NCBI GenBank assembly: GCA_902770595.1
Contig: CACXTQ010000007.1
Coordinates: 237 to 64,236, forward strand
Length of the DNA stretch: 64,000 bases
Direction of reading: 5' to 3'
From: an uncultured Bacteroidales bacterium
GTDB lineage: Bacteria > Bacteroidota > Bacteroidia > Bacteroidales > UBA3663
Below, piece by piece: positions 43,301 to 53,113 of the stretch (positions are counted from its first letter, which is position 1; each line of letters starts with the position of its first letter). The position numbers were made by a program, and so were the translations under genes. The notes under the pieces were generated by a model, which saw nothing but the letters and a program-made list of their open reading frames with translations, searched no databases and was not told where the DNA came from.

Positions 43301-46300
43301 GCATCTTCGTTCACTTTCATCTTGTTGAAGAGGTTGATGTTCTGCTTGCCTACCTGGGCGATGGCCGAAATAGCCATATCGGACAGCTTGAAGTTGAGGG
43401 CGATGAAGGTCCACTCGTTCTTGGGCAGCACTTCGTTGCTGGAAAGCTTATCATTGCCGACATTTACAACCAAGTGTCCAGTCTCGTCGATAGCGAGAAC
43501 AAAGCGGTTGCGACCATGCATCAGGAAGGTGCCAGGCTCGTTCCACATCATCCATAAGCCGATGGTGAAATCACCGTTCAGGAAGATGGGGTTGATGGTG
43601 ACCTGGCTGTCGTCGCCCAAACGCTTGGCCACTTCGTGCTGTACCGTCTGGTTGTTGAGCTTGGCGGTGACGATGACGTTCTTGTCGGAAACGTAGCCGG
43701 GGACGATGTCCTCGTTGAACTCTACGCTGAGGTCGTCGCCGTAGCTTAGAATGCCATTGGCAGGCGTGGGCGTGGTGAGCTGGCTTGGAGCCATGTTGTC
43801 CTTCACCACGGTAACTTCATCACTATAGGCAAAGATAGATTCAGTGCCGTACTTCGTCATCGTATAGGCGCGGAAAGTATAGGTGCCCTGCGGGAAGGAG
43901 ATGGCATCCTTCATGTCGTAGGTGAGTCGCAGGTCGCCTTCGTCGGGCAGCGGTTGACCGCCGAGCTTTGTCGTATCCTCTTTGTTCACCACGAACTGCA
44001 ATCCAGAGGGCTGTGACCAAGTGGTGGAGCCTTCGTAGAGATACTCTACGCCGAGTTTCTTCATGTTCTTGAACTGGCGGTCGAAGTTGGTCACCTTCAT
44101 CTCGAGCTTGCCGTCGGTGTTCTGCATGTGCTCGATGTTCAACACCGGTTCGTTGATGACCAAGCTGATGGGACTCGAACTGGGTTTGAAATGCACGTTG
44201 AACGTCACAAAGTCGCTGATCTTGTTGGGCTGATAGGTCGAAGCGAACTTGATCATGAGATCCTCATAGTCGAGCACGCTCTGGTCGCTCTGGCGTAGGG
44301 TAATCACCTTCTTGACGGTCTCTCCGGCAGGGATAAAGATAGTGCGTCCGTCGGCAGGATAGCCGTCCATCATCACCTGCAAGGCCTGCTGGTTGGAGGA
44401 TTCGATGACCATAATCTTATAGCTGAACTCGAAACCCTGATTGGTGTTGTTGAGGTTGGAGAGGTGCAGTGTGAGCTGTCCTGTCTTTCCAGCGGGCACA
44501 TCACTCAGGGTAATCGATTTAGCACTATTGTCGGCATCACCGTCGAGGCTGATGCGTATGCTGGGTTGCTCCATCTGCTCAGTGCCATTGCTGAGTGTGT
44601 GCTGTCCAGCCTCGAAGTACTTGGTCTTCTCCTCACCCTCGTAGGGGTTGTAGCTCTGGCCTCCGATGAGGAAGAAGCTATCGCTCCATCCACTGGGCGA
44701 CTTGTAGGAGCTCACACTGAAGTCGGTACCACGATTGCTGTCGCTGAACGAATAGTCGAACTGTGCCCATTCCTTATGGTTCTCGTCGGGATCGCTCTCA
44801 GATGTTGCCATCGTCCAGCCGTTCTCGGTATTGACATCCAATCCCCACTTCAAATAGGCAGCTGTCTCGCTTATTTCGGATAAATATCCTGCTTTGATGA
44901 TACCTCCCAGCTTATGATTGTAGTTATGTTTCTTCTGGTAGGTGGTGTCGCAGCGGCTGCTGTATGAATTAGGCGAACCTGTATCGAACGAAATATTTTC
45001 GCGGAAATAATCAGCTCCGTTGATGGCTTTGAGCTTGTCCTCCTCGTTATCGGCCATCAGCTTATGCCAGCTTTCAATCTGATTGGTACACCACAAAACA
45101 CTGTCTGGGAGGAATGTCTCGCCATCCCAGTTCCTTGGCGCAATCTGACGATAGGTGGTGGTATCGCCCAGATTGGGGTCGTCCTTCTTCAGCCATGTGG
45201 CATAGACGCTGCGGTCGCTGGTGTTCACGTAATTCCTTGCCTCATTCTCGTCTTTGACGAAAGTGAACAGCGAGAGGCGCGTGTCCTCCCACTTGGGTAT
45301 CATCACATTTTCCAGTTCGTAGGCCGAATACATGAAGGAGGTGGTGATGCTGTCGCCCATCGACAGGGCATCTTTCAGGTCGAGCTCGAATGGATAGTTG
45401 TTTCCTTTGCGGAAGAAGCCGAGCTTGCGGCATGTGCCGATAATGATGTTGGTGGATGCACCGATAAAGACATCGCCTGACGCGCCAACGTAGGCTGACC
45501 CTGTACCTGTCGAAATGGATTTCGTAGCAGTGACAGACCATGTCTCGTCGGTCTGGTTATTGCGGTTTACCGAATAATGTACTCCTCCTGTACTTGAAAT
45601 GGTTTGTGATAATTTGGTGGTACTTGCAAGGACTCCAATGCCACTCAATATCTCGAGTTTTATACCTCCGGCATTGGTTGTTGTAATCGTCTCGTCGCCA
45701 TAGAAACCATGAGCCGTACTCCTCATTTTCGTTTTTGTGGTACCTGTGGTCCACGTAGTCTTGGAGTTGGCTCCTGGAGGGTCGCGCAGCACCATAGCCA
45801 CCTTGTCGGGGCCAAGGGTGACGAAGTTGTTGCCGGTGGTCAGCGAACCTAAAACGATGGCGTTGACACCACCGTACGTATAAGTGCGGCTATTACGCTC
45901 CATGCTCATGCTGAGTTGACGGGTGTAAGGCTTGACGATGTTGGGTAATCCTGTCGTGAATGTGAATTCGTTCTTTCCTCGGGCATCGAGCATTAACTGG
46001 TCGGACTTCACGTCGTAGATGTCGCCAGGTTGCAAGCCCAATGATTCGTTATCGACGCGGGCTACAACCATCTGCTGGTCGTTTATCTCGTTGGTGATGG
46101 TCACTATCTGCCCGTTCAAGGCAAGCGTGTCTGCCACGGCTTCGCCGCTATCATAGTTTGAATAAGCCTCATAGCCCCAGACGCTCATCTTCACCTTGTC
46201 GCTACCATCGTAGATGGGGTAACTGTAGGTGTAGGAGATCTTTCCTTCGTTATCTATCGTCCAAAGGCTATCAATCTTGGTCGTGCCGAAACTATCGGTG

Positions 46301-49300
46301 AAATCATCGAAGCTCGTCCTGCCGAACACGCCTCTGGGTGCGTCACCTTCGCCGTTGATACTCATCTGCCACAGCTCCAACTTCGGCTCCGAGAAGTAAG
46401 TCTTGATCATCTTCGTGTTGTAGGTGTAGGTCTTCGTCACTTCGACGCTGTCGCTGGACATCACCTTGATCGAATCGATTTTTTGCTGAGCCACGTTGGT
46501 AAGGTCGATTTCGGGCAGCGAACCGAACTCGATGTCGTGATTTGATTCAATGAGCAGACTCTTCACCTTGTACTTCAACGGGGGTACCAAAGCTGAAAAT
46601 TCACCGGTAAGTGAGTCGGTCTGGATTTTAATATACTTCGCATCGTAGCTCGTGCCGGTCCATGCTCGACTCCTGATACTCGTGGTGTCACTTTCCCATG
46701 AGCGATTGGTCGTTGCATCGCTGATATGGTCATCCTGACAGTTGAACGAGAACGACTCATTATTGAGTGCCAGTTGGACAGTTGCCATGCCGATGTTGTT
46801 CCTCGACAAGCCGAAGCCCACGGCCAGCGTGTCGTTGCACAAGCCGCCGCCCACACGGCCTACGAAGTTCACCAAGGTGGAGTCGGCAAAGTCGTACTGT
46901 ACGGTGCGATCGAAGTCGAACACTCCCTGTGTAGGATAGCGTCCGCCTGCTACCATCTTGTGGCTGCCGAGCTTGGCCTCCACGAAATGCTTGCCAATAG
47001 GCACAGAAAGTTCATAGCGACCGCTTGCGTCACTCTCTACCACCTTGCCGTTGGAGTTCTGCAGCGTACCATCCACGTACATCTGAACTCCTTCAACGGG
47101 CACGTTGGTACCTGCATAATAGATGTGGCCGCTCATCGTGAACGACGACACGTCCTCGAAGTCGGTTTTGTTGTGGACGAGCGAGTTGTAGCCAATAAAA
47201 AGAATGGCCTTGTTGGGATTGAACTCGTGGATGCCATACATGGGCACGATGGAATAGGACGTTCCTTCACCCGAGAACGGTATGCCCTGGATGATGTAGT
47301 TGCCGTCCTTGTCGGTCTTGGCCTTCAACTCGAGGGCATCAGGCGTAAGTGTCGAGGTCTGGGCGTTGCTGCCCACGCGACCATGGTGCTTGTGATAGTT
47401 GGATCCGTCGCGTGCATAGTCGAAGAACTGTGTGCGCAGGCCTTCGTCGAAGGTCCAGTAAGTCTCAAGGTCGTCCTCGTTGCCCACCAGCAGATGGTCG
47501 TAGTTCTCCAATAGTGCTTCCTCATCAAGGCACTTGGTCCAAAGGCGGAACTCATCGACGGCACCCTTGAAGTGACCCAATACGAATCGATTGGAACCTC
47601 GCAAGCCAAGATTGCCTTCAAGTGTAGCGGTTGCTTTCCGGATGGTGGGACTGCCGTCCGACTCGGGGTTGATCAGGTAACAGGTCAGCGTCGATCCTTT
47701 GCGGATGAGTGCCACGTGGTTGTAGGTATTTTCCCTCAGTGTGAGGCCCTCGAAAAGATGATTGACAGAATGACCTCCGATCAGTTTCAGTTCGGTCAGC
47801 TGCATATCGTTGCCACCGCTCTTGCTCACCTCGAAGCGGAAGTATTTGTACGTGCCCTGCATTTCAGGGGCGATGTCGTAGCTCACGTCGGTAAAATTGG
47901 TGGCAGGCAGGGCATCGTCGGCGTTAGCGAACACGTCGCGATGGTCGATCACGATCCAACTATCGCTCTCGTTCTGCTTGGCCTTCAGCGTCCAGACCTT
48001 GGGGTTGCGGTCGGGGTAAGTCTCAGTGTCGTCACCCGTAGTGAGGGTATAGCCAGTTACGTTGACAAGCTCGGAGGCTGTGAATTCGCAGAACCATACG
48101 CCGTTGGTCATTCGACTACTGCTCGAACACCACTTGTAGTTTTTGCCGTCCACCAGGGCTTGATAGCTTTGGCTTTTACTAAAGCCTATAGAGCCGGCGG
48201 TAGCCTGATAGGTAATGTCATCTCGGCTCTCGGTGAAGCCGAGCTGTCCGTCGGCCGTCATGCTCAGTCCAATGTTACTGCCAAAGTCAGCAATCCTGCT
48301 GTTGCTGAACACTTCGGGGAATAGCCACATCTGGAAGGAGAAGTTGTCGGTCGAGAAATACTCATCGGCATAACCTGGGGAAGGGTACTGCCACGTCACG
48401 GCACCATTGGTATCGGTGAAATACATGGAGTGGAACTGTTCCAGATCGTCACCCGCGGTATTGGTCATCCTCATTACCACATCGACACCCTTCACCGCCG
48501 TACCAGTCGAGCCGTAGGAAACACGGCCAGCCACGGTGCCTGTACACTTGGCGAATCCGATGGTGGTGATTTCATTGTTGATAATGACACCGTCGTCGCA
48601 CTTGTCCTGCACTGTGACGCGATAGTCGTAATAAACACCAGGCAGGGCGGTTTCGTCAGTATAGAACAGGTAGTCGTCGATGCTCGACATACGGGTCAAC
48701 GTCTCCCAGGCTTCGTCCTCTTGTTCAGCGCGGCGACGCTCGACAATGTAGGTCTTGGCCACAACGGAGCCTTGCGTATTGACGTGCCAGGATAGCTTCA
48801 CCGAGCCGTCGTAGGCACCCTTCGAGGCATCAATCTCTTTGAACAGCGTACCATTGCCGATAGCCTTCATGCTGACGGGATACTCGTTGAACACCTTATC
48901 GCCGTCCTTATCCTTGATGATGCCTACGATGCGATAGTTATTCGGCTGGCAGGCATTGAGTGGTTCCTCGGTGTAGGGGATGCCCGTCTCTTCGTCGATC
49001 TTGTTCTGTCGGTTAGTGTGCTCGTCAGTAGAGCGGTGCTCCCAGCGGAATTCAGTCTGCATGTCGGATGGCGTAATGGTGCAGACTGGATCCTCCTCAT
49101 CGTTCACATAAATCTTGAATCGATTGCCGAAGCCTTCGGGATAACCGTCGGATTTCCAGGTGAACACGATGCGGTCGTCGAGACACTCCACCGACAGGTC
49201 GTTGACGGGCACCGAGCGTACGGTGCTCACTGTTGTCGAGGTTTTCGTATCTTCGCGCTGCGTATTCTCGTCCCAGAAGACTGGCACGTAATAGATATCA

Positions 49301-50373
49301 TAGACGGGTGAGGCCTCATTCGTATAGCCGCTATCCGAATAAGATCGCTTGCCTTGGCCGAGTTTGGCGATCTTTTCACCGTCACGATAGATTACCCAGT
49401 CGTAGAAGGTGAAATTGCCGGGAATAGAGCCTACCGTCCAGGTCAAGTTGACTTTCTTCTCGCTCTGGTTGAACACACCTTGCAGGCTTGCAGCCTTGAC
49501 GATGGGAGGTTCGATGGAGACGGTGTCGGTGATGATGTCACTGGGGTTGGCGTAGTCACCACCATCAAGGCGGGCATCCACTTTGTAGTCACCCACGTAG
49601 ATGGCTCCAGGCACGGACGAAGACCACGAGCCGCCGTTGACTCGATACTGCAGTGTGCCATAGTTGTCCTTCCAAGTGTCTTTGGCAACCAGGTTCTGAG
49701 TGTCGCCGTTATATACCAGGCCTGAGGCAAAAGCGGGTTTCCTCTTGAACGTAAGTTTCTGCTCCACGAAGTTCATCTGGACGTATATATATTCACCGCC
49801 AGCATCTCGATTGAGATCGGCAGGATTAGATGAATCTTCCCAACAAATGCATTTGGCATTGTCGTTACCCTTTCCGGTTACTATGGAAAAGTCCTTGATG
49901 ACGCGCTTCTTGTTGTTGAAATCGTGATTGGTCAGGTTGACACGCTCCTTGGTATAAAAGAGGTAGGGATTGTCTCCGCTTGCTCCACGGTTCAAGTTAC
50001 CAGTGAATCCGTCGTTGTGATCGCAGAGGTGATAAGTCTTGCCATTCCAGTTATACGATGATGACGGATGCTTCACGTCTTTCACTGCAAGGTCGGTGAT
50101 GTATTCCTTCTCGGGATCTGCATTTTCTTCGGTCTTGTAAGCCAGGTAGATAAACCATCCGCCAGCTTTCCTGTTGAGGTCATAGTCGAGAATCGAATAG
50201 CCTTTTCTTTCCCACTCACTATGCAGGCTGGAGACTTGGTCACCATCCTCGCATCCGATTACCACAACTTCGGTGACATATTTCTCGGCATGCACGACCG
50301 TCATCGACGCGATGAGCATCACGACGATGAGGAACAGTCGATGTCGCAAAGAGATTGACAGTTTCGTTTTCAT
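40396..50373 (-). CDS. Giant (~3325 aa) secreted multi-LamG surface protein with Prevotella-type C-terminal sorting domain
   Basis: Signal peptide; repeated DLNRxAGG.YIY motifs at N-terminus; three LamG-like modules (DEFRLW, YWPMNEG, DELRIW); C-terminal WYTLQG..PTSPGIYIHRGRKV. Confidence 0.85.
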   Translation of the reverse strand: MKTKLSISLRHRLFLIVVMLIASMTVVHAEKYVTEVVVIGCEDGDQVSSLHSEWERKGYSILDYDLNRKAGGWFIYLAYKTEENADPEKEYITDLAVKDVKHPSSSYNWNGKTYHLCDHNDGFTGNLNRGASGDNPYLFYTKERVNLTNHDFNNKKRVIKDFSIVTGKGNDNAKCICWEDSSNPADLNRDAGGEYIYVQMNFVEQKLTFKRKPAFASGLVYNGDTQNLVAKDTWKDNYGTLQYRVNGGSWSSSVPGAIYVGDYKVDARLDGGDYANPSDIITDTVSIEPPIVKAASLQGVFNQSEKKVNLTWTVGSIPGNFTFYDWVIYRDGEKIAKLGQGKRSYSDSGYTNEASPVYDIYYVPVFWDENTQREDTKTSTTVSTVRSVPVNDLSVECLDDRIVFTWKSDGYPEGFGNRFKIYVNDEEDPVCTITPSDMQTEFRWEHRSTDEHTNRQNKIDEETGIPYTEEPLNACQPNNYRIVGIIKDKDGDKVFNEYPVSMKAIGNGTLFKEIDASKGAYDGSVKLSWHVNTQGSVVAKTYIVERRRAEQEDEAWETLTRMSSIDDYLFYTDETALPGVYYDYRVTVQDKCDDGVIINNEITTIGFAKCTGTVAGRVSYGSTGTAVKGVDVVMRMTNTAGDDLEQFHSMYFTDTNGAVTWQYPSPGYADEYFSTDNFSFQMWLFPEVFSNSRIADFGSNIGLSMTADGQLGFTESRDDITYQATAGSIGFSKSQSYQALVDGKNYKWCSSSSRMTNGVWFCEFTASELVNVTGYTLTTGDDTETYPDRNPKVWTLKAKQNESDSWIVIDHRDVFANADDALPATNFTDVSYDIAPEMQGTYKYFRFEVSKSGGNDMQLTELKLIGGHSVNHLFEGLTLRENTYNHVALIRKGSTLTCYLINPESDGSPTIRKATATLEGNLGLRGSNRFVLGHFKGAVDEFRLWTKCLDEEALLENYDHLLVGNEDDLETYWTFDEGLRTQFFDYARDGSNYHKHHGRVGSNAQTSTLTPDALELKAKTDKDGNYIIQGIPFSGEGTSYSIVPMYGIHEFNPNKAILFIGYNSLVHNKTDFEDVSSFTMSGHIYYAGTNVPVEGVQMYVDGTLQNSNGKVVESDASGRYELSVPIGKHFVEAKLGSHKMVAGGRYPTQGVFDFDRTVQYDFADSTLVNFVGRVGGGLCNDTLAVGFGLSRNNIGMATVQLALNNESFSFNCQDDHISDATTNRSWESDTTSIRSRAWTGTSYDAKYIKIQTDSLTGEFSALVPPLKYKVKSLLIESNHDIEFGSLPEIDLTNVAQQKIDSIKVMSSDSVEVTKTYTYNTKMIKTYFSEPKLELWQMSINGEGDAPRGVFGRTSFDDFTDSFGTTKIDSLWTIDNEGKISYTYSYPIYDGSDKVKMSVWGYEAYSNYDSGEAVADTLALNGQIVTITNEINDQQMVVARVDNESLGLQPGDIYDVKSDQLMLDARGKNEFTFTTGLPNIVKPYTRQLSMSMERNSRTYTYGGVNAIVLGSLTTGNNFVTLGPDKVAMVLRDPPGANSKTTWTTGTTKTKMRSTAHGFYGDETITTTNAGGIKLEILSGIGVLASTTKLSQTISSTGGVHYSVNRNNQTDETWSVTATKSISTGTGSAYVGASGDVFIGASTNIIIGTCRKLGFFRKGNNYPFELDLKDALSMGDSITTSFMYSAYELENVMIPKWEDTRLSLFTFVKDENEARNYVNTSDRSVYATWLKKDDPNLGDTTTYRQIAPRNWDGETFLPDSVLWCTNQIESWHKLMADNEEDKLKAINGADYFRENISFDTGSPNSYSSRCDTTYQKKHNYNHKLGGIIKAGYLSEISETAAYLKWGLDVNTENGWTMATSESDPDENHKEWAQFDYSFSDSNRGTDFSVSSYKSPSGWSDSFFLIGGQSYNPYEGEEKTKYFEAGQHTLSNGTEQMEQPSIRISLDGDADNSAKSITLSDVPAGKTGQLTLHLSNLNNTNQGFEFSYKIMVIESSNQQALQVMMDGYPADGRTIFIPAGETVKKVITLRQSDQSVLDYEDLMIKFASTYQPNKISDFVTFNVHFKPSSSPISLVINEPVLNIEHMQNTDGKLEMKVTNFDRQFKNMKKLGVEYLYEGSTTWSQPSGLQFVVNKEDTTKLGGQPLPDEGDLRLTYDMKDAISFPQGTYTFRAYTMTKYGTESIFAYSDEVTVVKDNMAPSQLTTPTPANGILSYGDDLSVEFNEDIVPGYVSDKNVIVTAKLNNQTVQHEVAKRLGDDSQVTINPIFLNGDFTIGLWMMWNEPGTFLMHGRNRFVLAIDETGHLVVNVGNDKLSSNEVLPKNEWTFIALNFKLSDMAISAIAQVGKQNINLFNKMKVNEDALAAIGYNDDNYLYLGNMQGAMHDLALYSNCRDLNDVAAKKYQAKDSYVYGLMNYWPMNEGHGNVAVDSRHTHDFQVNQNWLINNKNFAFGLENVKDAAGVNVNIGKINTYIDESYAIELWSLSNAASEGEEGIFEAGSKDAYRLNLHYDAEKNIVLDYGAKSLIVATPEVAKPGEWHHLALNVVRGQSVGFYVDGRRTAVIAEREMPVFDGHTMTIGRNSKGMFDELRIWKATLSEERLLQNMYNTLDTADFYSRGLVAYYPFEEEGEVNGVRTKVFTLADMTPGSDQSVQYVAMSSEQSDPAASIAPPLKNAVVEQRIDAVPVASERKMVINLRNTAGVEARELEGSTLNITVDQIHDMNGNKSAPIRWTAYVQLNTLKWTKDSVTVIKQYGEDTYFNVDIVNKGSKTEYYTLYNMPSWLSLVDAIDDSPLENIGELAPQSTKTLRFWVKPLLSVGNYDVTLGLQGNDEILEPLRIIAKVRGKMPNWSVDPDKYESAMSIVGQVFINGVLMGNRESCVAAFIDGECRGIANIEPFRGSSYVAMSVYGTPQKSVNGKIVDIDLHKPVTFRIWDASTGVAYSSVNVSLEGAPIGVSFDPSVNYGNFDMPVIFTKGKLIEQQLELTPNWNWISLGVEPANTFTSEVFNDLTSWNVYIKDRSTGTYYCNGVYWDGVLDHIHSNVMYKMALTELDTSSPLPTPLPVTGEPVKLYDTPVTLANNRWNWIAYLPTSNMTLDQALAGANPKVGDEVKSQKGFAYYGHNGWEGNLHVMESGKGYLYWSNDDVEKEFFYPSGPVARTVRARYEEDEQAEDSLTVFSPVDPTLYPDNMSMVIRLVDGLDDVTTAELGVFINDECRGAAVASPSDLYYLLISGQGNGQPMEIRAALDGDIITICDALSFSTDANIGTPWEPFVIDLAELNGISLIDRETTDDTEWYTLQGFRLGQKPTSPGIYIHRGRKVIFTEENRQ

Positions 50374-50381
50374 AGGTATAT

Positions 50382-51299
50382 TCAATTATTTTTTGTTAAT
50401 TTCAATGACGAATCATAGTACTTGCCAGCATTCAACTTAGCCTTGGCCGTGCCGGTGTAGATGTTGCCCGAACCATCATGGACGGTGAAATGGAAGTCGG
50501 ACGATTGGGCCACAGGGAACATGGCCACATAGACACCGTCGGTGTTAGCTGAATTGAGGGTGATGGTGAGTGTGCCTTTGACTGAGTTGGCAGTCTCGAC
50601 TGTCACATTATCTTTGGTCGATTTGACATCGAACTTAACCGTGCCCGTCATCGGATAGTCAACACCGCCAGTTATGCCGTTCCTTATCTTCAGCTCCTTC
50701 ACCGCGATGGGGTTTGTGCCGTCGGTAAACTTGAACTTACACAGGGCGAGCAGGCTCGTCATCGGCGAGGCTGTGCCCGTGGCCTTTTTGCCCTCTACCT
50801 TCGTCACATCTGCCACGCCGAAAACATAATGGTAGCGCAGGCCCACGTCGGCAAGCGTGCCCGTCTGTTCTCTTAGATCGACGGTGTATGAAGCTTTGCT
50901 ATCAGAATTGACGGATACGGAAGTCACCGACGGATAGATCACTGCCAGGTGGTCACCCTTGCGGCAATTGACACTGCCCTCGAGCAAGGAGGTTTGCGTA
51001 GATGAAGCGGCTGTCAGATTTCCAAAATACATATCACCCGATAAGTTGCTCAGGTTGACGTAGGTCGCTTTGTCGCCTTCAGTCCACGCTGCCGAAAGCG
51101 TCTCGCCGTCAATCGTCGCCCTGGTAAGCGAAGCGTCACTGATGGTAAGCTGACGAAGCGCACGACCGTCGGCGTCCTCCTCAATGCCCGACAATGGGCT
51201 GTCGTCATCCGACGAGCAAGCGGGGAGACATACGACCAGGGGCGTACAGCAAATCACAAACTGCAAAGATTGCAAGATATTTTGTCTGGATAACTTCAT
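50382..51299 (-). CDS. Fimbrillin/Mfa-like lipoprotein
   Basis: Lipobox LPACSSDD, TRA processing motif, W.EGD, YP, C-terminal LNAGKYY. Confidence 0.75.
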   Translation of the reverse strand: MKLSRQNILQSLQFVICCTPLVVCLPACSSDDDSPLSGIEEDADGRALRQLTISDASLTRATIDGETLSAAWTEGDKATYVNLSNLSGDMYFGNLTAASSTQTSLLEGSVNCRKGDHLAVIYPSVTSVSVNSDSKASYTVDLREQTGTLADVGLRYHYVFGVADVTKVEGKKATGTASPMTSLLALCKFKFTDGTNPIAVKELKIRNGITGGVDYPMTGTVKFDVKSTKDNVTVETANSVKGTLTITLNSANTDGVYVAMFPVAQSSDFHFTVHDGSGNIYTGTAKAKLNAGKYYDSSLKLTKNN

Positions 51300-51387
51300 A
51301 TTATTATATATATGTATCAAGTCGATGGATCTATTATCCCTTGGTTAATAAATTAATCAAAAATCTCTCCTGAAATCCCATAGAGTC

Positions 51388-51558
51388 CTATTCTTCCCAA
51401 GGGCCTTTTCTGGAAGGCGCTCCTTGACTGAATCCGCCATCGGAATCATCGTCATTGTTATATCCCGACATGGTGGCTCTAAAACCATCACTGCAAACGA
51501 TGATATCGGCGTTGTCAAGATAGACAAAGATGATTTGGGGTTGATTGTATCGCTTCAT
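51388..51558 (-). CDS. 56-aa peptide with YxxP leader-like motif
   Basis: MKRYNQPQIIFVYLDNADIIVCSDGFRATMSGYNNDDDSDGGFSQGAPSRKGPWEE*, directly below a minus-strand TATTTTTG element. Confidence 0.7.
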   Translation of the reverse strand: MKRYNQPQIIFVYLDNADIIVCSDGFRATMSGYNNDDDSDGGFSQGAPSRKGPWEE

Positions 51559-51793
51559 AGTTGTTTATTATTATAATTTTGTTTGCAAAAATAGCGAAAA
51601 AGGAATTACAATCCAACTATTAGAATAAAAAAATATAAAATATACGCGACAAGAAAGATAATAAAGCGACAAAAAGGGTAAAAAAGGTAAAAAATTGTCG
51701 CCCCAACCAGAAAACTAAAAGCACTATCCCATACCGAGATAGTGCTTTCATTATTCGAGTTTTGCAGACACTCTACCTGCTTAGCTTATTCCA

Positions 51794-52465
51794 TTATTTC
51801 AATTGCTTGCGCACATGATTGATGCGGACGAAAGCGGTGTAGTTGGCGAGCACAGCGATGATGATCTGCGGAACGAGCAGGAACCACATCGGGTCGAAAC
51901 TGTCGCGGCAGGCATCGGCACAAAGGCCACAGAGGATGGCTCCAACGCTGGTGAGCACGACGCGCTCGGGACGCTGCATCAGTCCCACCTTACACTCCAC
52001 ATCCAGACCTTCGGCACGAGCACGTACGTAGCTCACCATGATGGAACCGATGAGCGACAGGAACGTGATTACCGTGGCCACAGGATGACCTGTCTGGATG
52101 AAGTAGAAGGCGATGCCGCTAAGCGTGAAGAGTTCGGAATAGCGGTCGAGTACCGAGTCGTAGAAAGCACCAAACGTACTCGACAGATTGCCCACGCGGG
52201 CCATACGGCCATCCACCATATCGAGGATGCTGAAACCGATGATGACCCAACCGGCCAAGCCTACCCACCAGTAGCAAGTAGCTGGCACATAGAGCGCCGA
52301 GTAGATCAAAATTGCTGCTGCTGCAATATTGCCCAGCAGCCCCATGGTCGTGATCATATTGGGGGTCACACCAAGACGAATCATAAAACGGATACCTGGA
52401 TCAAGTACTCGGTAAACAAATTGCTGAATACCATCACGAAGGTGATCATAGAGACTCTTTTTCAT
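51794..52465 (-). CDS. CDP-alcohol phosphatidyltransferase (PIP synthase-like)
   Basis: TPN.IT, D..DG..AR, G.FYDS..DR, SYVRAR.E, G.MQRPER. Confidence 0.9.
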   Translation of the reverse strand: MKKSLYDHLRDGIQQFVYRVLDPGIRFMIRLGVTPNMITTMGLLGNIAAAAILIYSALYVPATCYWWVGLAGWVIIGFSILDMVDGRMARVGNLSSTFGAFYDSVLDRYSELFTLSGIAFYFIQTGHPVATVITFLSLIGSIMVSYVRARAEGLDVECKVGLMQRPERVVLTSVGAILCGLCADACRDSFDPMWFLLVPQIIIAVLANYTAFVRINHVRKQLK

Positions 52466-52502
52466 ATCTTTATATTTTAATTGACAATGATATCACCCAT
52501 AA

Positions 52503-52991
52503 TCAAAAGAACTGCCGGCAGACCATCATAACAATCAGGCCATAGATGCCCGAAAGGATGTCGTCCATCATCACACCCCAACCGCCGGGCAGCGACTCCA
52601 TCTTGCGGATGCCAAGGGGCTTGAAGATGTCGAACAAGCGGAACAATGCAAATGCCATCACCACGTAGATCCAGAAGCGTGTAGCTCCCCATGGTTCGTT
52701 GGGCACAGCCAACAGACAGATCCATACGCCCACAACCTCATCGATGACGACGCGCTTCGGGTCCTCACCCCAGAACTTCTCAAGTCGGTTGATGGGCTGG
52801 ATGCTCAGCAGCGTGAAGGCCACGATACAAATGGCATTTACCACCTGCAGGGTCCAGAAGTCGAGCAGCACAAAACCTATGAGCCACAGTAGCGTGGCTG
52901 CAGCTGCCCCCCACGTTCCAGGAGCGAAGGGCATAAAACCGGAGTAGAAGCCGGTGGCCAAGAATACATCAAGAGGACGAGGACGAGACAT
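52503..52991 (-). CDS. pgpA: Phosphatidylglycerophosphatase A family
   Basis: APGTWG, DP..VVIDE..G, FRLFDIFKP, G.MMDD. Confidence 0.92.
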   Translation of the reverse strand: MSRPRPLDVFLATGFYSGFMPFAPGTWGAAAATLLWLIGFVLLDFWTLQVVNAICIVAFTLLSIQPINRLEKFWGEDPKRVVIDEVVGVWICLLAVPNEPWGATRFWIYVVMAFALFRLFDIFKPLGIRKMESLPGGWGVMMDDILSGIYGLIVMMVCRQFF

Positions 52992-52995
52992 ATGT

Positions 52996-53108
52996 GGGGT
53001 TTGAGGGGTTATGAAGGGTTCGAGAAGTTCGAGAGGTTCGAAGGGTTAAGAGGGGTTGCTTGTCGGGACTCAGTTCTTCCCCCTAAGCAGGGGGATTAGA
53101 GGGGGTCT
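52996..53108. repeat. 9-10-bp GGGTT tandem units followed by a REP-like palindrome
   Basis: GAGGGGTT/GAAGGGTT units; TCCCCCT-AAGC-AGGGGGA hairpin; inverse-orientation relative at 61688-61735. Confidence 0.6.
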
Positions 53109-53113
53109 GTTCC

